In this document: one piece after another, positions 25,280 to 35,948 of the stretch
Numbering within the stretch: the first letter of the stretch is position 1
How the letters are laid out: each line of letters starts with the position of its first letter
Position numbers and translations under genes: made by a program
The notes under the pieces: model-generated
Told to the model about the DNA's origin: nothing
Databases searched by the model: none
The model's input: the letters and a program-made list of their open reading frames with translations, nothing else
Assembly: GCA_024275045.1 (NCBI GenBank)
Contig: JAJRZX010000073.1
Span: 1 to 59,565 of the forward strand
DNA length: 59,565 nucleotides
Source of the DNA: Deltaproteobacteria bacterium
GTDB lineage: Bacteria; Desulfobacterota; GWC2-55-46; JADFVP01
Direction: 5' to 3'

Positions 25280-25757
25280 TATTTTTATAATTTTATCTAA
25301 GGTTGTAATCTTACAAAAAGGCAGGGGGTAGGCCCCGCGCCCCTCCTGGGGCGCAGAACCTGGTGTTACGGGGAGGAAGTCAGCTGAATGGGTACAAAAA
25401 CTTTAGAGGGTGCTGCCGGGGAAGTATGTGAAGAACCACTTAAGACTTAAGAGTATCTGGGTTCTTTATCCACTGTCTTTATTATGCGGCACTTGTGCTT
25501 TTTTCTCTGTGACCTATGTTACAGGGAGGCGGTTATCATTTTTAGAGGGAAAAACTTCAGACATTTGACGGTGAAAAACTGTTATAATAAAAAAACCGCA
25601 AAGTCCTCAGAGCAGGGTTTGGACTTTTTTTTATGTCTTTAATCCCATGGACCTTTTACTTATATAAAAAGTTTTTATCACGGAAAATTCAGGGAAAAGT
25701 TTTTTTGCTGCTGAGTATTTTGTGTGTTTTTTTCAGCCGCTGCCTTAGAGATAAATT

Positions 25758-26678
25758 ATGAGAATTATGAGTGAGAGTTCAATAACCATACAGAGCTGGC
25801 CTGCCCGCTCTCTGATAAACCTGGAGCTGGGGCCTCTTCTTCAGCCTTGTTTTAAGACCCTTACCGCAGGCATATCGGAGTTTACCTTTGCTAATATTTA
25901 TCTCTTTCGTAAAGTTCATAAGTACATGATCTCAGACCTTGGCAACAGGCTTTTTCTTATAAGCGGCAAAGACGGCGAGGAGGACTTTTTCATGCTCCCC
26001 TTTGGCCTGCCTCCTGCCAAAGTCCTTGAGGAGCTCTTTAGAGATTTTGCTTTTATGAAAAACGCCTCCAAGTCTCAGGCCGCCACGCTTGGCACCATGG
26101 GGTACAAGGTGGAGGCGGATAAGAACAACTTTGATTATCTATACTCCCGTGAAGGGCTTGCCACGCTTCGTGGCAGAAAGTACCACAGGAAGCGAAACCG
26201 TGTCTCCGGTTTTATCGGTAAATACCGGTGCCTCACACGCCCCCTTGATGCGGATACCGCATGGGACGCCCTCGTAGTGCTTGAGAAGTGGCGTGAGGCA
26301 AGCGAGACCGATGGCGACTACGGTGCGGCAGTAGAGGCCATTGCTGAGATGCAGGCCCTGAGATTATGGGGGCTTGTTTATTACATTAACGAAACTCCCG
26401 TGGCCTTTGCCATGGGTGAGCCTCTTGGGGTCAATCAGTTTGCCGTGCATTTTGAGAAAGGCGTACCCGGGTATGCGGGGCTCTTGCAGTTTGTGAATCA
26501 GAACTTTGCCGCCTCCATACCCGAGAGATTTATCTTTATCAACAGAGAGCAGGATCTTGGCATTACCGGGCTTCGTCACGCCAAGCTCAGTTACAGGCCC
26601 GATGCCTTTACAGAAAAATATCGTGTTTACCGCGGCAGCGTTGAGAGTAAAACTGCAGAAAAGGCAGGCCAATTATGA
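25758..26678 (+). CDS. DUF2156 protein (MprF C-terminal / aminoacyl-lipid synthase-like domain)
   Basis: 306 aa. Pattern: FTFANIYLFRKVHKY ... NFDYLY ... KYHRKRN. Confidence 0.6.
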   Translation: MRIMSESSITIQSWPARSLINLELGPLLQPCFKTLTAGISEFTFANIYLFRKVHKYMISDLGNRLFLISGKDGEEDFFMLPFGLPPAKVLEELFRDFAFMKNASKSQAATLGTMGYKVEADKNNFDYLYSREGLATLRGRKYHRKRNRVSGFIGKYRCLTRPLDADTAWDALVVLEKWREASETDGDYGAAVEAIAEMQALRLWGLVYYINETPVAFAMGEPLGVNQFAVHFEKGVPGYAGLLQFVNQNFAASIPERFIFINREQDLGITGLRHAKLSYRPDAFTEKYRVYRGSVESKTAEKAGQL

Positions 26679-26838
26679 GACCCCTTAATATAATGAACCG
26701 AGATCTCTCTGGCTGCGCTTTAGATGTTTTTCGCGTGCTCTACTATTTAAAAGCGTTTCGTGAAGCTGACCTCTGCTGCAGGCTGAAGAGGTCTATGAAT
26801 GGGGTTGAGTTATCGTGCCTGGCGCCTGAAGGCGGGGA

Positions 26839-28053
26839 GTGGATATGAGCCGCAGGCCGCTTGGAGTATATATACATATTCCTTTTTGCAGGAGCAAGTG
26901 TAATTACTGCGCCTTTAACTCAGTGGCGGAAGAGGGGTTTTCAGCAAAGAAGTGGTACGCGCTCTTAAGAGAGGATTTTCTCGGTGCTCTTGACCACGAG
27001 GGTATTAGCGCCGCTACTCACAGGCTAAGTACCATATACTTTGGCGGCGGCACGCCATCGCTTATGCCCTCCCAATACATAGGTTCTCTTATCACTCTCA
27101 TAAAAGATACTTTTAAGTGCGATGATAAAGGCGGAGTTGAGACTGATGGCAGAGTTGAGGTAACCCTTGAGGCCAATCCCGAGGGCCTTGGGGCGGAGGT
27201 CCTTAAGGGGTTTTTGGATGCAGGGGTAAAGAGGCTCAGCCTTGGTGTGCAGTCCCTTGATGATGCGGCCCTTAAGATCCTCGGCAGAGGCCACGGCGCT
27301 GCAGAGGCTGTTGAGGCGATTAACCTCTGCAGGAGTGCGGGGTTTACAAATATAAGCATTGACCTTATCTACGGCCTTCCGGGTCAGTCCCTTGGGGGCT
27401 GGCTTGATACTATTGGCAAGGTACTTGCCATGCGTCCTGCTCATATATCCTTATACAACCTCTCCATTGAGGAGAATACGCCCTTTTACAGGGTATACCC
27501 GCCGCTTGATAAGGGCAGGGGGCAGGAAAAACCCTTCATGGACGAGGAGCTGGAGCTGCTCATGTACGAGTCTGCCGTTAAAAAGCTGAGAGCAGCCGGG
27601 TACACTCATTACGAGATATCAAACCTCGCCTTAGAGGGCCGTGAGAGCCGTCATAATCAAGGTTACTGGCTGGGCTGGGACTACATGGGGCTGGGGCCGG
27701 GTGCACATTCTTTTTTTGGCGGCAAGGGTTTTGGCAGACGGCTCTGGAACGAGAAGGATATTGTTCTTTACGAGAAAAAGCTGCGTAGCGGCAGCCCTGT
27801 TGCGGGGTTCGAGGTGCTCTCAGCGGATGAGGCCGGGACAGAGGCCGTTCTGCTGGGGCTGAGGATGCTGGATAAGGGCATTGATGTGGAGGCGTACAGG
27901 TGCAGCTTTGGCGATAAGGCATGGGGGCGCCTTCATGGAAAGTGCCTTGAGTACGAGAGTAAAGGGCTTGTGCATCTATATAAAGACAGGGTCGTGCTTG
28001 ATAAGAGCGCACTCTTTACGGCAAATGAGGTATGCCTTGGTCTTCTCTCATGA
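26839..28053 (+). CDS. hemW: Radical SAM haem chaperone HemW (HemN-like)
   Basis: LGVYIHIPFCRSKCNYCAFNS and the HemN_C region. The more likely start is the ATG at 26845. Confidence 0.85.
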   Translation: MDMSRRPLGVYIHIPFCRSKCNYCAFNSVAEEGFSAKKWYALLREDFLGALDHEGISAATHRLSTIYFGGGTPSLMPSQYIGSLITLIKDTFKCDDKGGVETDGRVEVTLEANPEGLGAEVLKGFLDAGVKRLSLGVQSLDDAALKILGRGHGAAEAVEAINLCRSAGFTNISIDLIYGLPGQSLGGWLDTIGKVLAMRPAHISLYNLSIEENTPFYRVYPPLDKGRGQEKPFMDEELELLMYESAVKKLRAAGYTHYEISNLALEGRESRHNQGYWLGWDYMGLGPGAHSFFGGKGFGRRLWNEKDIVLYEKKLRSGSPVAGFEVLSADEAGTEAVLLGLRMLDKGIDVEAYRCSFGDKAWGRLHGKCLEYESKGLVHLYKDRVVLDKSALFTANEVCLGLLS

Positions 28054-28188
28054 GCCTGCTTGCATTGTCCTCGATATGACCTTGACATAAAGTGGGGCCG
28101 TTGATATCTTTTTATATTAAACGAGTTTTGCCGGTGGGGGTTAAAGAGACCTCTTAACCGGTGTAAATACTTACGAGGTCCTGTACAC

Positions 28189-29259
28189 TTGGATACATTG
28201 GTTGAGAAGGGAAAGGCGGATTACGGCTCAGTAGCTGAGATGCTCTCGGAGCGGGCAAAGCACGTTCTTGGCGCTATTGTAAAGGACTACATTGAGAACG
28301 CCGAACCCGTGGGCTCAAAGACCATTGCCTCAAGATACTATCCCGGGCTCTCATCAGCCACTATACGTAATATCATGGCGGGCCTTGAGAAACTGGGCCT
28401 TCTCTTTCAGCCCTATACATCCGCGGGACGAATACCCACGGAAAAGGCATTTCGAGTTTACCTTGATACCTTAATGGAGCTTGAGGAGCCGGGCAGGGCG
28501 GAGAAGGAGTTCCTGTACAGCCGTGTTGAGCAGGTCTTCGGCATAAAGGATATACTTACGGGCACAACCAGGGCCCTCTCTCATATTACCAACTGCACTG
28601 GGCTTGCGCTTCTTATGGGTAGTTATGATTTTATCATAAAAGACATCAGGCTCCTGCCCATTGATACGGAGTCGCTGCTACTTGTCCTTGTACCTGATAC
28701 GGGCCGAGTCTCCACTACTGTCTTTCACGGCGGCACGCGCACCGAGGGCCTTGATCTTGAGAAGGTCTCCAATTACCTCAGGGAGATAGGACGGGGGCTT
28801 ACGGTAAAGAGCCTTCGGAGCCGCATAGTGGAGGAGATGAGGGATGAGAAAAACCTCTACAATGAGCTTCTCCGAGAGGCCCTGCAGCTCGGAAAGCTGG
28901 CCCTTAGCGGTTACAGCGAGAGCGACGAGGGAGCGCTTTACGTGGAGGGGCAGGCCAATATCCTTGGATACCCGGAGTTTCGCGAGGACTACGAGAAGAT
29001 GAAACAGCTCTTTACAGCCTTTGAGGAGAAGAGTATTCTTGTGAAACTCCTTGACCAGAGCCTTCGGCAGGAGTGCATACAGGTATATCTGGGCTCTGAG
29101 AGCAGTTTTGAGGGTTTTGACGGGCTGAGTTTTGTTATAGCCCCTTATCATGTGGATAACCGCATCTCAGGCACACTGGGGCTTATCGGGCCCGTGCGCA
29201 TGGATTACTCAAAGATAGTGCCTCTTGTATCTTACGCAGTGGGGCTTATCGAGGGGTAG
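28189..29259 (+). CDS. hrcA: Heat-inducible transcription repressor HrcA
   Basis: ILGAIVKDYIENAEPVGSKTIA at the N-terminus and a typical C-terminal GTLGLIGPVRMDY. The start may be the ATG at 28240. Confidence 0.9.
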   Translation: MDTLVEKGKADYGSVAEMLSERAKHVLGAIVKDYIENAEPVGSKTIASRYYPGLSSATIRNIMAGLEKLGLLFQPYTSAGRIPTEKAFRVYLDTLMELEEPGRAEKEFLYSRVEQVFGIKDILTGTTRALSHITNCTGLALLMGSYDFIIKDIRLLPIDTESLLLVLVPDTGRVSTTVFHGGTRTEGLDLEKVSNYLREIGRGLTVKSLRSRIVEEMRDEKNLYNELLREALQLGKLALSGYSESDEGALYVEGQANILGYPEFREDYEKMKQLFTAFEEKSILVKLLDQSLRQECIQVYLGSESSFEGFDGLSFVIAPYHVDNRISGTLGLIGPVRMDYSKIVPLVSYAVGLIEG

Positions 29260-29345
29260 GGGCTGAGAGGCGCTTTAAGGTTTTTTTAAGTCATAGGGTC
29301 CGGGCCGTGCTGATTAGGCACTCCCATTTTTAAGCGTGGTATTTA

Positions 29346-29990
29346 ATGAAAAGGGCGAGTATGAAGGACAAAAATAAAGAGAAAGAAGAAGAGTTGAAGG
29401 TAAAGGTGGTTGATGGTAAGGCCTCTTCCGCAAAGGACTCAAAGTGCGGTCTTGACGGTGGTGGTGCAGAGGAGGAAAAGAGTCTTCAGACCCTTCTTGA
29501 GGAAAAGACGGACGAGGCGGCACAGAACTATGACCTCTTCCTCAGGGCCCGCGCTGATATACAGAACCTTAAAAAACGCAGCGAGAAGGAGCGGGCAGGG
29601 TACATAAGCTACGCAACAGAGCAGGTTGTGCTGGAGATACTCCCGGCTATTGATAACCTTGAGCGCGCTATTGAACACGCTGAGTGCGAGGGTGAAAAGA
29701 GCGCCTCTCTTGTAGAGGGCGTTAAGCTCACCATCGAGCAGATGCGCAAGGCTTTGGAAAAATTCGGGGTGGTAGAGATAAAGGCATGCGGTGAGGTTTT
29801 TGACCCTGCCATTCACCATGCCATCAGTCATGTTGATGCGGTTGACGCAGAGCCAGGCACCGTGATTAAGGAGTTTCAGAAAGGTTATCTCCTTAAAGAC
29901 AAGCTTCTTCGGCCTTCAATAGTATCTGTTGCCGGAGGTACTGATTCTGATGATGATGAGCGAGAGGCAGAGGCAAAGAATCTGCATTAA
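29346..29990 (+). CDS. grpE: Nucleotide exchange factor GrpE
   Basis: 214 aa. Motifs: YLRARADIQNLKKR, LPAIDNLERA, FDPAIHHAIS. Confidence 0.9.
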   Translation: MKRASMKDKNKEKEEELKVKVVDGKASSAKDSKCGLDGGGAEEEKSLQTLLEEKTDEAAQNYDLFLRARADIQNLKKRSEKERAGYISYATEQVVLEILPAIDNLERAIEHAECEGEKSASLVEGVKLTIEQMRKALEKFGVVEIKACGEVFDPAIHHAISHVDAVDAEPGTVIKEFQKGYLLKDKLLRPSIVSVAGGTDSDDDEREAEAKNLH

Positions 29991-30166
29991 CTCAGGCAAG
30001 GTATGAGATGTGCCTGAACCATACTGCGGCTCATGGTGGTGCCGCTATTTTCATATAATTGTAAGTCTTTGAAGGAGTGAGAAAGAGGGTGGCTACGCTC
30101 TCTTTCTCGTCTTCCGCCAACTTGGGGACGAATGATTCAGAGGTCTCGCAGAGAGGAAAAGATGTA

Positions 30167-31261
30167 ATGGGAAAAGATTATTATACTATTCTCGGTGTAC
30201 AGAGAACAGCTTCAGATGATGAGATAAAAAAGGCGTACCGCAGTCTCGCTCTTCTGCATCACCCTGACAAAGAAAAGGGGGATGAGGAGAAGTTCAAGGA
30301 GATAAACGAGGCATACAGCGTCCTTAAAGACCCGGCCAAGAGAAGGCAGTACGACCAGTTCGGCACCGCCGGAGTGGGCGCAGGGTATAGAGAGGCGGGT
30401 TTTGGAGGAGGCGCAGGCGGGTTTGAGGACCTCTTCGGCGAGGTCTTCTCTGACTTTTTCGGCGGCGGACGCCGCGGTCCCTCTGCAACGCGCGGTGCGG
30501 ACCTGCGTTACGACCTTGAGCTTACCTTTGAGGAGGCGGCCTTTGGCACGGAGAAGGATATACAGATACCGGTTACCGTTGACTGCTCCAACTGCGGTGG
30601 CTCGGGCGCGAGAGACGGCACCCAGGCAGAGACGTGTTCACGGTGCAATGGCTCAGGCCAGGTAAACTTCAGACAGGGTTTTTTAACCATAGCAAGGCCC
30701 TGCGGCTCCTGCGGCGGCAGAGGCGTGGTAATAAAAAATCCATGCGCCTCCTGCTCGGGTCTTGGTAAGGTGCGACAGAGGACCAAGCTCTCGGTAAAGG
30801 TACCCGGTGGCGTGGATAACGGCTCAAGGCTGAGACTTGCGGGCAAGGGCGAGGCAGGAGATCTCGGAGGCCCTCCCGGAGACCTTTACGTAGTGGTAAA
30901 CGTAGGTACCCATGAGATATTCAAGAGAGAAGGCGATAATATCATATGTCATGTGCCTATCAGTTTTGTGCAGGCAACCCTTGGGTGCGAGATAGATGTA
31001 CCCGTGCTTGGCGGTACGGCAAGGCTGAAAATTCCCGCAGGGACTCAGCCAGGTAAAGTTTTCTCACTAAAGGGCAAGGGCATTGCATCGCTGCAGACCG
31101 GCAGGCGCGGCGAGGAACTCGTAGTCATAGAGGTGTGTATACCAAAGGGGCTCTCGAAAAAACAGACCGAGCTCCTTGAGCAGTTTGCTGAGATTAGCGG
31201 AGACGAAGTCTCTCACCCATCGAAGAATCTTTTCTCAAGGGTAAAGGAAATTTTCGAGTAA
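30167..31261 (+). CDS. dnaJ: Molecular chaperone DnaJ
   Basis: [12 protein letters not shown]-domain with HPD, a G/F region and four CxxCxGxG zinc motifs. The ORF-track start at 30077 is probably an upstream extension. Confidence 0.95.
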   Translation: MGKDYYTILGVQRTASDDEIKKAYRSLALLHHPDKEKGDEEKFKEINEAYSVLKDPAKRRQYDQFGTAGVGAGYREAGFGGGAGGFEDLFGEVFSDFFGGGRRGPSATRGADLRYDLELTFEEAAFGTEKDIQIPVTVDCSNCGGSGARDGTQAETCSRCNGSGQVNFRQGFLTIARPCGSCGGRGVVIKNPCASCSGLGKVRQRTKLSVKVPGGVDNGSRLRLAGKGEAGDLGGPPGDLYVVVNVGTHEIFKREGDNIICHVPISFVQATLGCEIDVPVLGGTARLKIPAGTQPGKVFSLKGKGIASLQTGRRGEELVVIEVCIPKGLSKKQTELLEQFAEISGDEVSHPSKNLFSRVKEIFE

Positions 31262-32919
31262 TGATATCTAAGAGATTATTTTTTATTCCTGTGTTTATTG
31301 CCTCCCTTCTCTTTTTTGTAAGCAGCGGGAGCGCCAGCGCAGCGGATACCGCCGCTGCGGCGGATGATAGCTTTACCGCCCCGCAGGAGACTCTGCCTCT
31401 GCCTATCTCAGATACCCCTCAAGTACCTGATGAGGTGCCTGCTGAAAGTGCCGGACACAGGGAGAGACCTATGCGGGATATCGGCCCTGCCGGGCTGCTG
31501 GACCTTGCGCGTAACTTGGCCGTGCAGGGCGAGGTGGCGGAGGCCGAGAACACGTACAGGCTTCTTATTGACCGTTTCCCGGACAGCGATAAGAGGAACG
31601 TGGCTTTTTATGAGCTTGGGATTTTGCTATATAAAAACGCTCGCATAATCGAGGCCAGGTCTTATCTTGAGCGTGTGGCCTCATCGTGGTGGGTAGAGCC
31701 TGCGCTTCGTGAGAAGACAAGGGTGCTGCTTCGGGAGATAGACTCTGTACTTAAGAGAGGCACGTCGCATAGCGAGCTGCCGGCCATAGGGCTTATTCTG
31801 CCCCTTACGGGAAGGTACGCCCCATATGGAGAGGCCGCGCTCAAGGGCGCGCTCCTTGCAGCCCATGTATTTGGCGGAGGCAGCGGAGGAGATATATACG
31901 GCAGTACAGTGGATGTATTTGTAAGGGACGTAGGCGGGTCCGCGGCAGAGGGCTCCAGGGCCGTAAAGGAGTTAGCCGAAGACAAGAGGGTCGTTGGGGT
32001 AGTGGGGCCGCTGCTGAACGCCACGGCCTATCAGAGCGCTGCCATGGCCGAGTCCCGCGGTCTGCCCCTTATTACACTCTCGCAGAAAGAAGACGTTACC
32101 GGGGCAGGGCAGTATGTCTTTAGAAACTCCCTCTCGCCCACGGGACAGGCAAAGGCAGTGGCAGAGTACGCGGTTAATGTACTCGGCAAGTCCCAGTTCG
32201 CGGTACTGTACCCAGACAATCACTCAGGCAAGGTTATGGCAGAGGCCTTTATGGAGACCGTTATAACACTTGGCCGTGAGATTACGGCACAGAGATCATA
32301 TGAAGATGGGACAAAAGACTTTGGTCTGATAATGCGCGAGCTCTTTATGATAGAGACAGACGAGGTTCAAGAGGGCAGGCGCACCATCTCCGAGTACTTT
32401 CCCTCGGCCGCCGTGGACGCCCTGTATATACCGGACAGCTACAAGACCGTGAGCCTTATCTCACCGTACATAAAGTATTATAATATTGATGACGTGCAAC
32501 TTCTTGGTTCCAGCGGATGGAACTCAAGGCACCTCGTGGAGCTTGCCGGAAGGGCCGTAGAGGGAGCTGTCTTTGTAGATGGTTTTTTCCCAAAGAGCCG
32601 CAGAGACTCCTCGGCGAGTTTTGCCATTCGCTTTAAAGAGACCTACGGAAGGGAGGCCGGAGAGGTTGAGGCCGAGGCCTATGACGCCACACGCCTTCTC
32701 ATAAAGGCCATTGATACCGAGTCTCCTGATAGAGACCTTGTAAGAGAGAGGCTTCTTGATATGAGCGATTACGAGGGTGCCGAGGGCTCTGTATATTTTG
32801 ACAGCTATGGCGGCGCTGTTAAGGACCCTTTTATACTCACCGTTAAAGGCAGGTCTATTGTAGAGGCCCCAAAGCCGGAGCTCATTGACCTGCCCGAAGC
32901 AGAAGAGAACCTTTACTGA
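31261..32919 (+). CDS. Secreted TPR plus periplasmic-binding-protein (type 1, LivJ/LpoA-like) domain protein
   Basis: 552 aa with a signal peptide and an N-terminal TPR-like segment. Peripla_BP_6-like pattern: IGLILPLTGRYAPYGEAALKGA. Confidence 0.6.
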   Translation: MISKRLFFIPVFIASLLFFVSSGSASAADTAAAADDSFTAPQETLPLPISDTPQVPDEVPAESAGHRERPMRDIGPAGLLDLARNLAVQGEVAEAENTYRLLIDRFPDSDKRNVAFYELGILLYKNARIIEARSYLERVASSWWVEPALREKTRVLLREIDSVLKRGTSHSELPAIGLILPLTGRYAPYGEAALKGALLAAHVFGGGSGGDIYGSTVDVFVRDVGGSAAEGSRAVKELAEDKRVVGVVGPLLNATAYQSAAMAESRGLPLITLSQKEDVTGAGQYVFRNSLSPTGQAKAVAEYAVNVLGKSQFAVLYPDNHSGKVMAEAFMETVITLGREITAQRSYEDGTKDFGLIMRELFMIETDEVQEGRRTISEYFPSAAVDALYIPDSYKTVSLISPYIKYYNIDDVQLLGSSGWNSRHLVELAGRAVEGAVFVDGFFPKSRRDSSASFAIRFKETYGREAGEVEAEAYDATRLLIKAIDTESPDRDLVRERLLDMSDYEGAEGSVYFDSYGGAVKDPFILTVKGRSIVEAPKPELIDLPEAEENLY

Positions 32920-32934
32920 GAGAGGACTTATACA

Positions 32935-33438
32935 ATGGGACTTACGCATACTGATGAGGGCGGTAAGGCACGGATGGTTGATGTGACGGAGAAGTCCGTA
33001 ACAGAGCGCGTAGCCGTGGCAAAGGGCCGCGTGCTTATGAAAAAAAACACCCTCTCACTCGTACTTGCAAATGAGCTTAAGAAGGGCGATGTCCTCGGGG
33101 TTGCCCGTATCGCCGGGATTATGGCGGCAAAGAAGACCTCTGAGCTTATCCCGCTCTGTCATCCCATATCCATTACAGGCATAGACGTTGAGTTTAAGAC
33201 CATAAAAAGACCTCCTGCCATTGACATTATTGCCACGGCCCGTATAGCCTCAAAAACAGGTGTGGAGATGGAGGCCCTTACTGCAGTATCTGTCTCTGCG
33301 TTGACCATATATGACATGTGCAAGGCCGTGGACAAGGAGATGACGCTTACGGATATAAGGCTTGAAAAAAAGACCGGCGGTAAAAGCGGGGTCTTCATTC
33401 GAAAGCGGGCCACGGTGGGGAGCCGCAAAAGGGCTTAG
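32935..33438 (+). CDS. moaC: Cyclic pyranopterin monophosphate synthase MoaC
   Basis: 167 aa. Motifs: MVDVTEK, ELIPLCHPI, TGVEMEALTA. Confidence 0.9.
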   Translation: MGLTHTDEGGKARMVDVTEKSVTERVAVAKGRVLMKKNTLSLVLANELKKGDVLGVARIAGIMAAKKTSELIPLCHPISITGIDVEFKTIKRPPAIDIIATARIASKTGVEMEALTAVSVSALTIYDMCKAVDKEMTLTDIRLEKKTGGKSGVFIRKRATVGSRKRA

Positions 33439-33534
33439 GCACAGATTTTTCCGCAGACACGAGATCAGGTCTTCTTTGTTTTAATATGAATTTAATGTTT
33501 GCAGGCATATTTTTTTTGGTTATAATAGCTAACT

Positions 33535-33897
33535 ATGGAAAAACAGAGACTGGAATATTTTAGGGGAATACTTACGGCAAAGCTTGATTGTCTTCTAAGC
33601 GGCGCCGGCAAGACGGTAAGTGATATGACAGAGTCCGATGGTGAGAACTTTCCGGACCCAACGGACAGGGCCGCGCAGGAAACAGACAACAGCGTGCTTC
33701 TCAGGGTAAAAGACAGGGAACGCAAATTAATCTCCAAGGTCAAGAGCGCCATGGAGAGGATAGAAGACGGCAGCTACGGTATTTGCGAGCAGTGTGGTAA
33801 CGATATCTCAGATAAGAGGCTGGAGGCAAGACCTGTTACCACAAGCTGTATAGAGTGCAAGAAAGAAGAGGAAGAGCAGGAGAGGCTGCGCGGTTGA
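33535..33897 (+). CDS. DksA/TraR-family C4 zinc-finger protein
   Basis: 120 aa. Zinc finger: CEQCGNDIS...RLEARPVTTSCIECK. Confidence 0.8.
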   Translation: MEKQRLEYFRGILTAKLDCLLSGAGKTVSDMTESDGENFPDPTDRAAQETDNSVLLRVKDRERKLISKVKSAMERIEDGSYGICEQCGNDISDKRLEARPVTTSCIECKKEEEEQERLRG

Positions 33898-33947
33898 TGC
33901 CGCGTGTTTCTACCTTAACCGAATAACAATTATACTGAAAGGCTACG

Positions 33948-34946
33948 ATGCCGGAACTACGCAAAGATCCTATTATAGGAAGATGGGTAATTATATCCAC
34001 TGAACGGGGTAAACGTCCCTCGGAGTTTGATTCGCCGCGGCCTGTGCTGAGGCAGGGATTTTGTCCTTTTTGTCCCGGTAACGAGTCAAAGACCCCGCCT
34101 GAAATTCTTGCCTACCGTGACGGCGGCGGCGGAGCTGATTCACCGGACTGGCGTGTGCGTGTTGTTCCCAACAAGTACCCTGCCCTTAAGATAGAGGGAG
34201 AGCTTAACAGAGAAGGCGACGGGGTCTTTGATAAGATGAATGGCATAGGCGCCCACGAGGTTATTATTGAGACCCCCGATCATCTGGCCTCACTCTCAAG
34301 CCTCTCATCCAAGAACTTCGAGGAGGTTCTCTGGGCCTACAGGGACAGGATAGTTGACCTTAAGAGAGACTCAAGGCTGCGTTATGTATTGATATTCAAG
34401 AATCACGGCGAGGCCGCAGGCGCCACCCTTGAACACAGCCATTCTCAGTTAATCGCCATGCCTATTATTCCCAAGCGTGTAAGCGAGGAGCTGGACGGGG
34501 CTCTGGAGTACTACAACTTTAAGGAAAGATGCATATTCTGCGATATTATCAGGCAGGAGACAATGCAGGGCGTAAGGGTTGTTGCGGAGAATCAGGATTT
34601 TCTCGCAGTAACGCCTTATGCTCCAAAGTCGCCTTTTGAGACCTGGATACTCCCTAAAAACCACGGCGCGAGCTTTGAAAATTGCCAGAAGACTCATTAC
34701 GAGAACCTTGCACTTATCTTCCCCGATGTCTTGAAGCGTATGGATAAGGTCCTCAACTCACCGCCATATAACTTTATCCTCCATACATCACCTGTTCAGA
34801 ACGGTGCTGAGAAGTATTATCACTGGCACTTTGAGATTATGCCCAAGCTCGCCAAGGTGGCGGGTTTTGAGTGGGGCTCTGGGTTTTACATTAACCCTAC
34901 GCCGCCTGAAGAAGCGGCAAGGTTTCTTAAAGAGGCAAATCCCTGA
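33948..34946 (+). CDS. galT: Galactose-1-phosphate uridylyltransferase-family (HIT-like) nucleotidyltransferase
   Basis: 332 aa. Motifs: RKDPIIGRWVIIS, CPFCPGNE and the active site HSHSQ. Confidence 0.8.
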   Translation: MPELRKDPIIGRWVIISTERGKRPSEFDSPRPVLRQGFCPFCPGNESKTPPEILAYRDGGGGADSPDWRVRVVPNKYPALKIEGELNREGDGVFDKMNGIGAHEVIIETPDHLASLSSLSSKNFEEVLWAYRDRIVDLKRDSRLRYVLIFKNHGEAAGATLEHSHSQLIAMPIIPKRVSEELDGALEYYNFKERCIFCDIIRQETMQGVRVVAENQDFLAVTPYAPKSPFETWILPKNHGASFENCQKTHYENLALIFPDVLKRMDKVLNSPPYNFILHTSPVQNGAEKYYHWHFEIMPKLAKVAGFEWGSGFYINPTPPEEAARFLKEANP

Positions 34947-35310
34947 GCCGGGCGGGCCGGTGGCTCGACGGGGGGGTTGGGAAGTGGTGCGGTGTGCAGG
35001 GCAAGTGTGACGGGGATTAAGCGCAGAGCATCTCTGAACTTATGGATATCCGGCGCTTAGATTCTTTTGACAATCCTGTTGCAAATGCGGTAAAGTTAAA
35101 CAATACACCTGTAAATAAACAAGGGACGGTTCCTATCTCCAAGAAGCTGTATTTTTAAAGGGGCGATAGCGTGTCTATATACGGATATTATGGTACAAGC
35201 GGGGCAGAGGGTATTGATATTAATACTCGGCTCTACGCCTGCACTTGCAATTAGTTCAATCCCAGAGTTCGTATTGCTTTGATGGTGTATCGTAAAACAG
35301 CGGAGCTCAT

Positions 35311-35667
35311 ATGAAAAAAAAGATCCTTGTAGTTGATGACGAAGAAGGTCTCAGGCTTTTATACAAGGAAGAGCTTGAGGACGAAGGCGCTCTTGTTACG
35401 CTTGCGGCCTCAGGTGCTGAGGCGCTTGAGAGGCTTGAAGAAGACAGCTTTGACCTCATACTGCTTGATATCAAGATGCCGGGCATGGATGGAGTGGAGG
35501 TTCTGCGGAGAATCAAGGAGAAGTGGAGTGATGTCCCTGTTATCCTCTGCACGGCATACCCTCATTACAAACACGATTTTGGCACCTGGGCATCTGATGC
35601 CTATGTGGTGAAATCCTCAGATCTCGGTGAGTTGAAGAAGACCATTAACGAGGTCCTCTCAAGGTAG
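35311..35667 (+). CDS. Stand-alone response-regulator receiver protein
   Basis: 118 aa. Motifs: ILVVDDE and DLILLDIKMPGMDG. Confidence 0.85.
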   Translation: MKKKILVVDDEEGLRLLYKEELEDEGALVTLAASGAEALERLEEDSFDLILLDIKMPGMDGVEVLRRIKEKWSDVPVILCTAYPHYKHDFGTWASDAYVVKSSDLGELKKTINEVLSR

Positions 35668-35827
35668 TCACCGGCTTTTTTTTGCTCTTCCCGTAAGATG
35701 CGTCTTGATTATTGGAGCGGGGCGGGCGTAGTAACCGGGGCTGCTCTTTTAAGAGGGCCTTATTTCAATTCAATCACCTTAAACCCGTTAAACTGGTCCT
35801 TCTCGTAGAAGGGGTTTTCTTATATCA

Positions 35828-35903
35828 GGGGGGTTAGCTCAGTTGGGAGAGCGGCTGGTTCGCAATCAGCAGGTCGTCGGTTCGATCCCGATACCCTCCA
35901 CCA
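35828..35903 (+). tRNA. tRNA-Ala (anticodon CGC), CCA encoded
   Basis: Cloverleaf folded by hand: acceptor GGGGGGT/ACCCTCC with the G3:U70 alanine identity pair, D-arm GCTC-AGTTGGGA-GAGC, anticodon loop TTCGCAA and T-loop TTCGATC. Confidence 0.9.
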
Positions 35904-35918
35904 GAGTATAAACCAAAA

Positions 35919-35948
35919 GGGGCTATCCATATGGATAGCCCCTTTTTT
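35919..35948 (+). terminator. Rho-independent terminator after tRNA-Ala
   Basis: Perfect 24-nt palindrome GGGGCTATCCATATGGATAGCCCC followed by T6. Confidence 0.8.

Noticed and set aside
29310-29345. CIRCE-like half-site TTAGGCACTC upstream of grpE
   Set aside because: It has an extra base relative to TTAGCACTC, and there is no matching GAGTGCTAA arm 9 nt away, so it is not a credible CIRCE.
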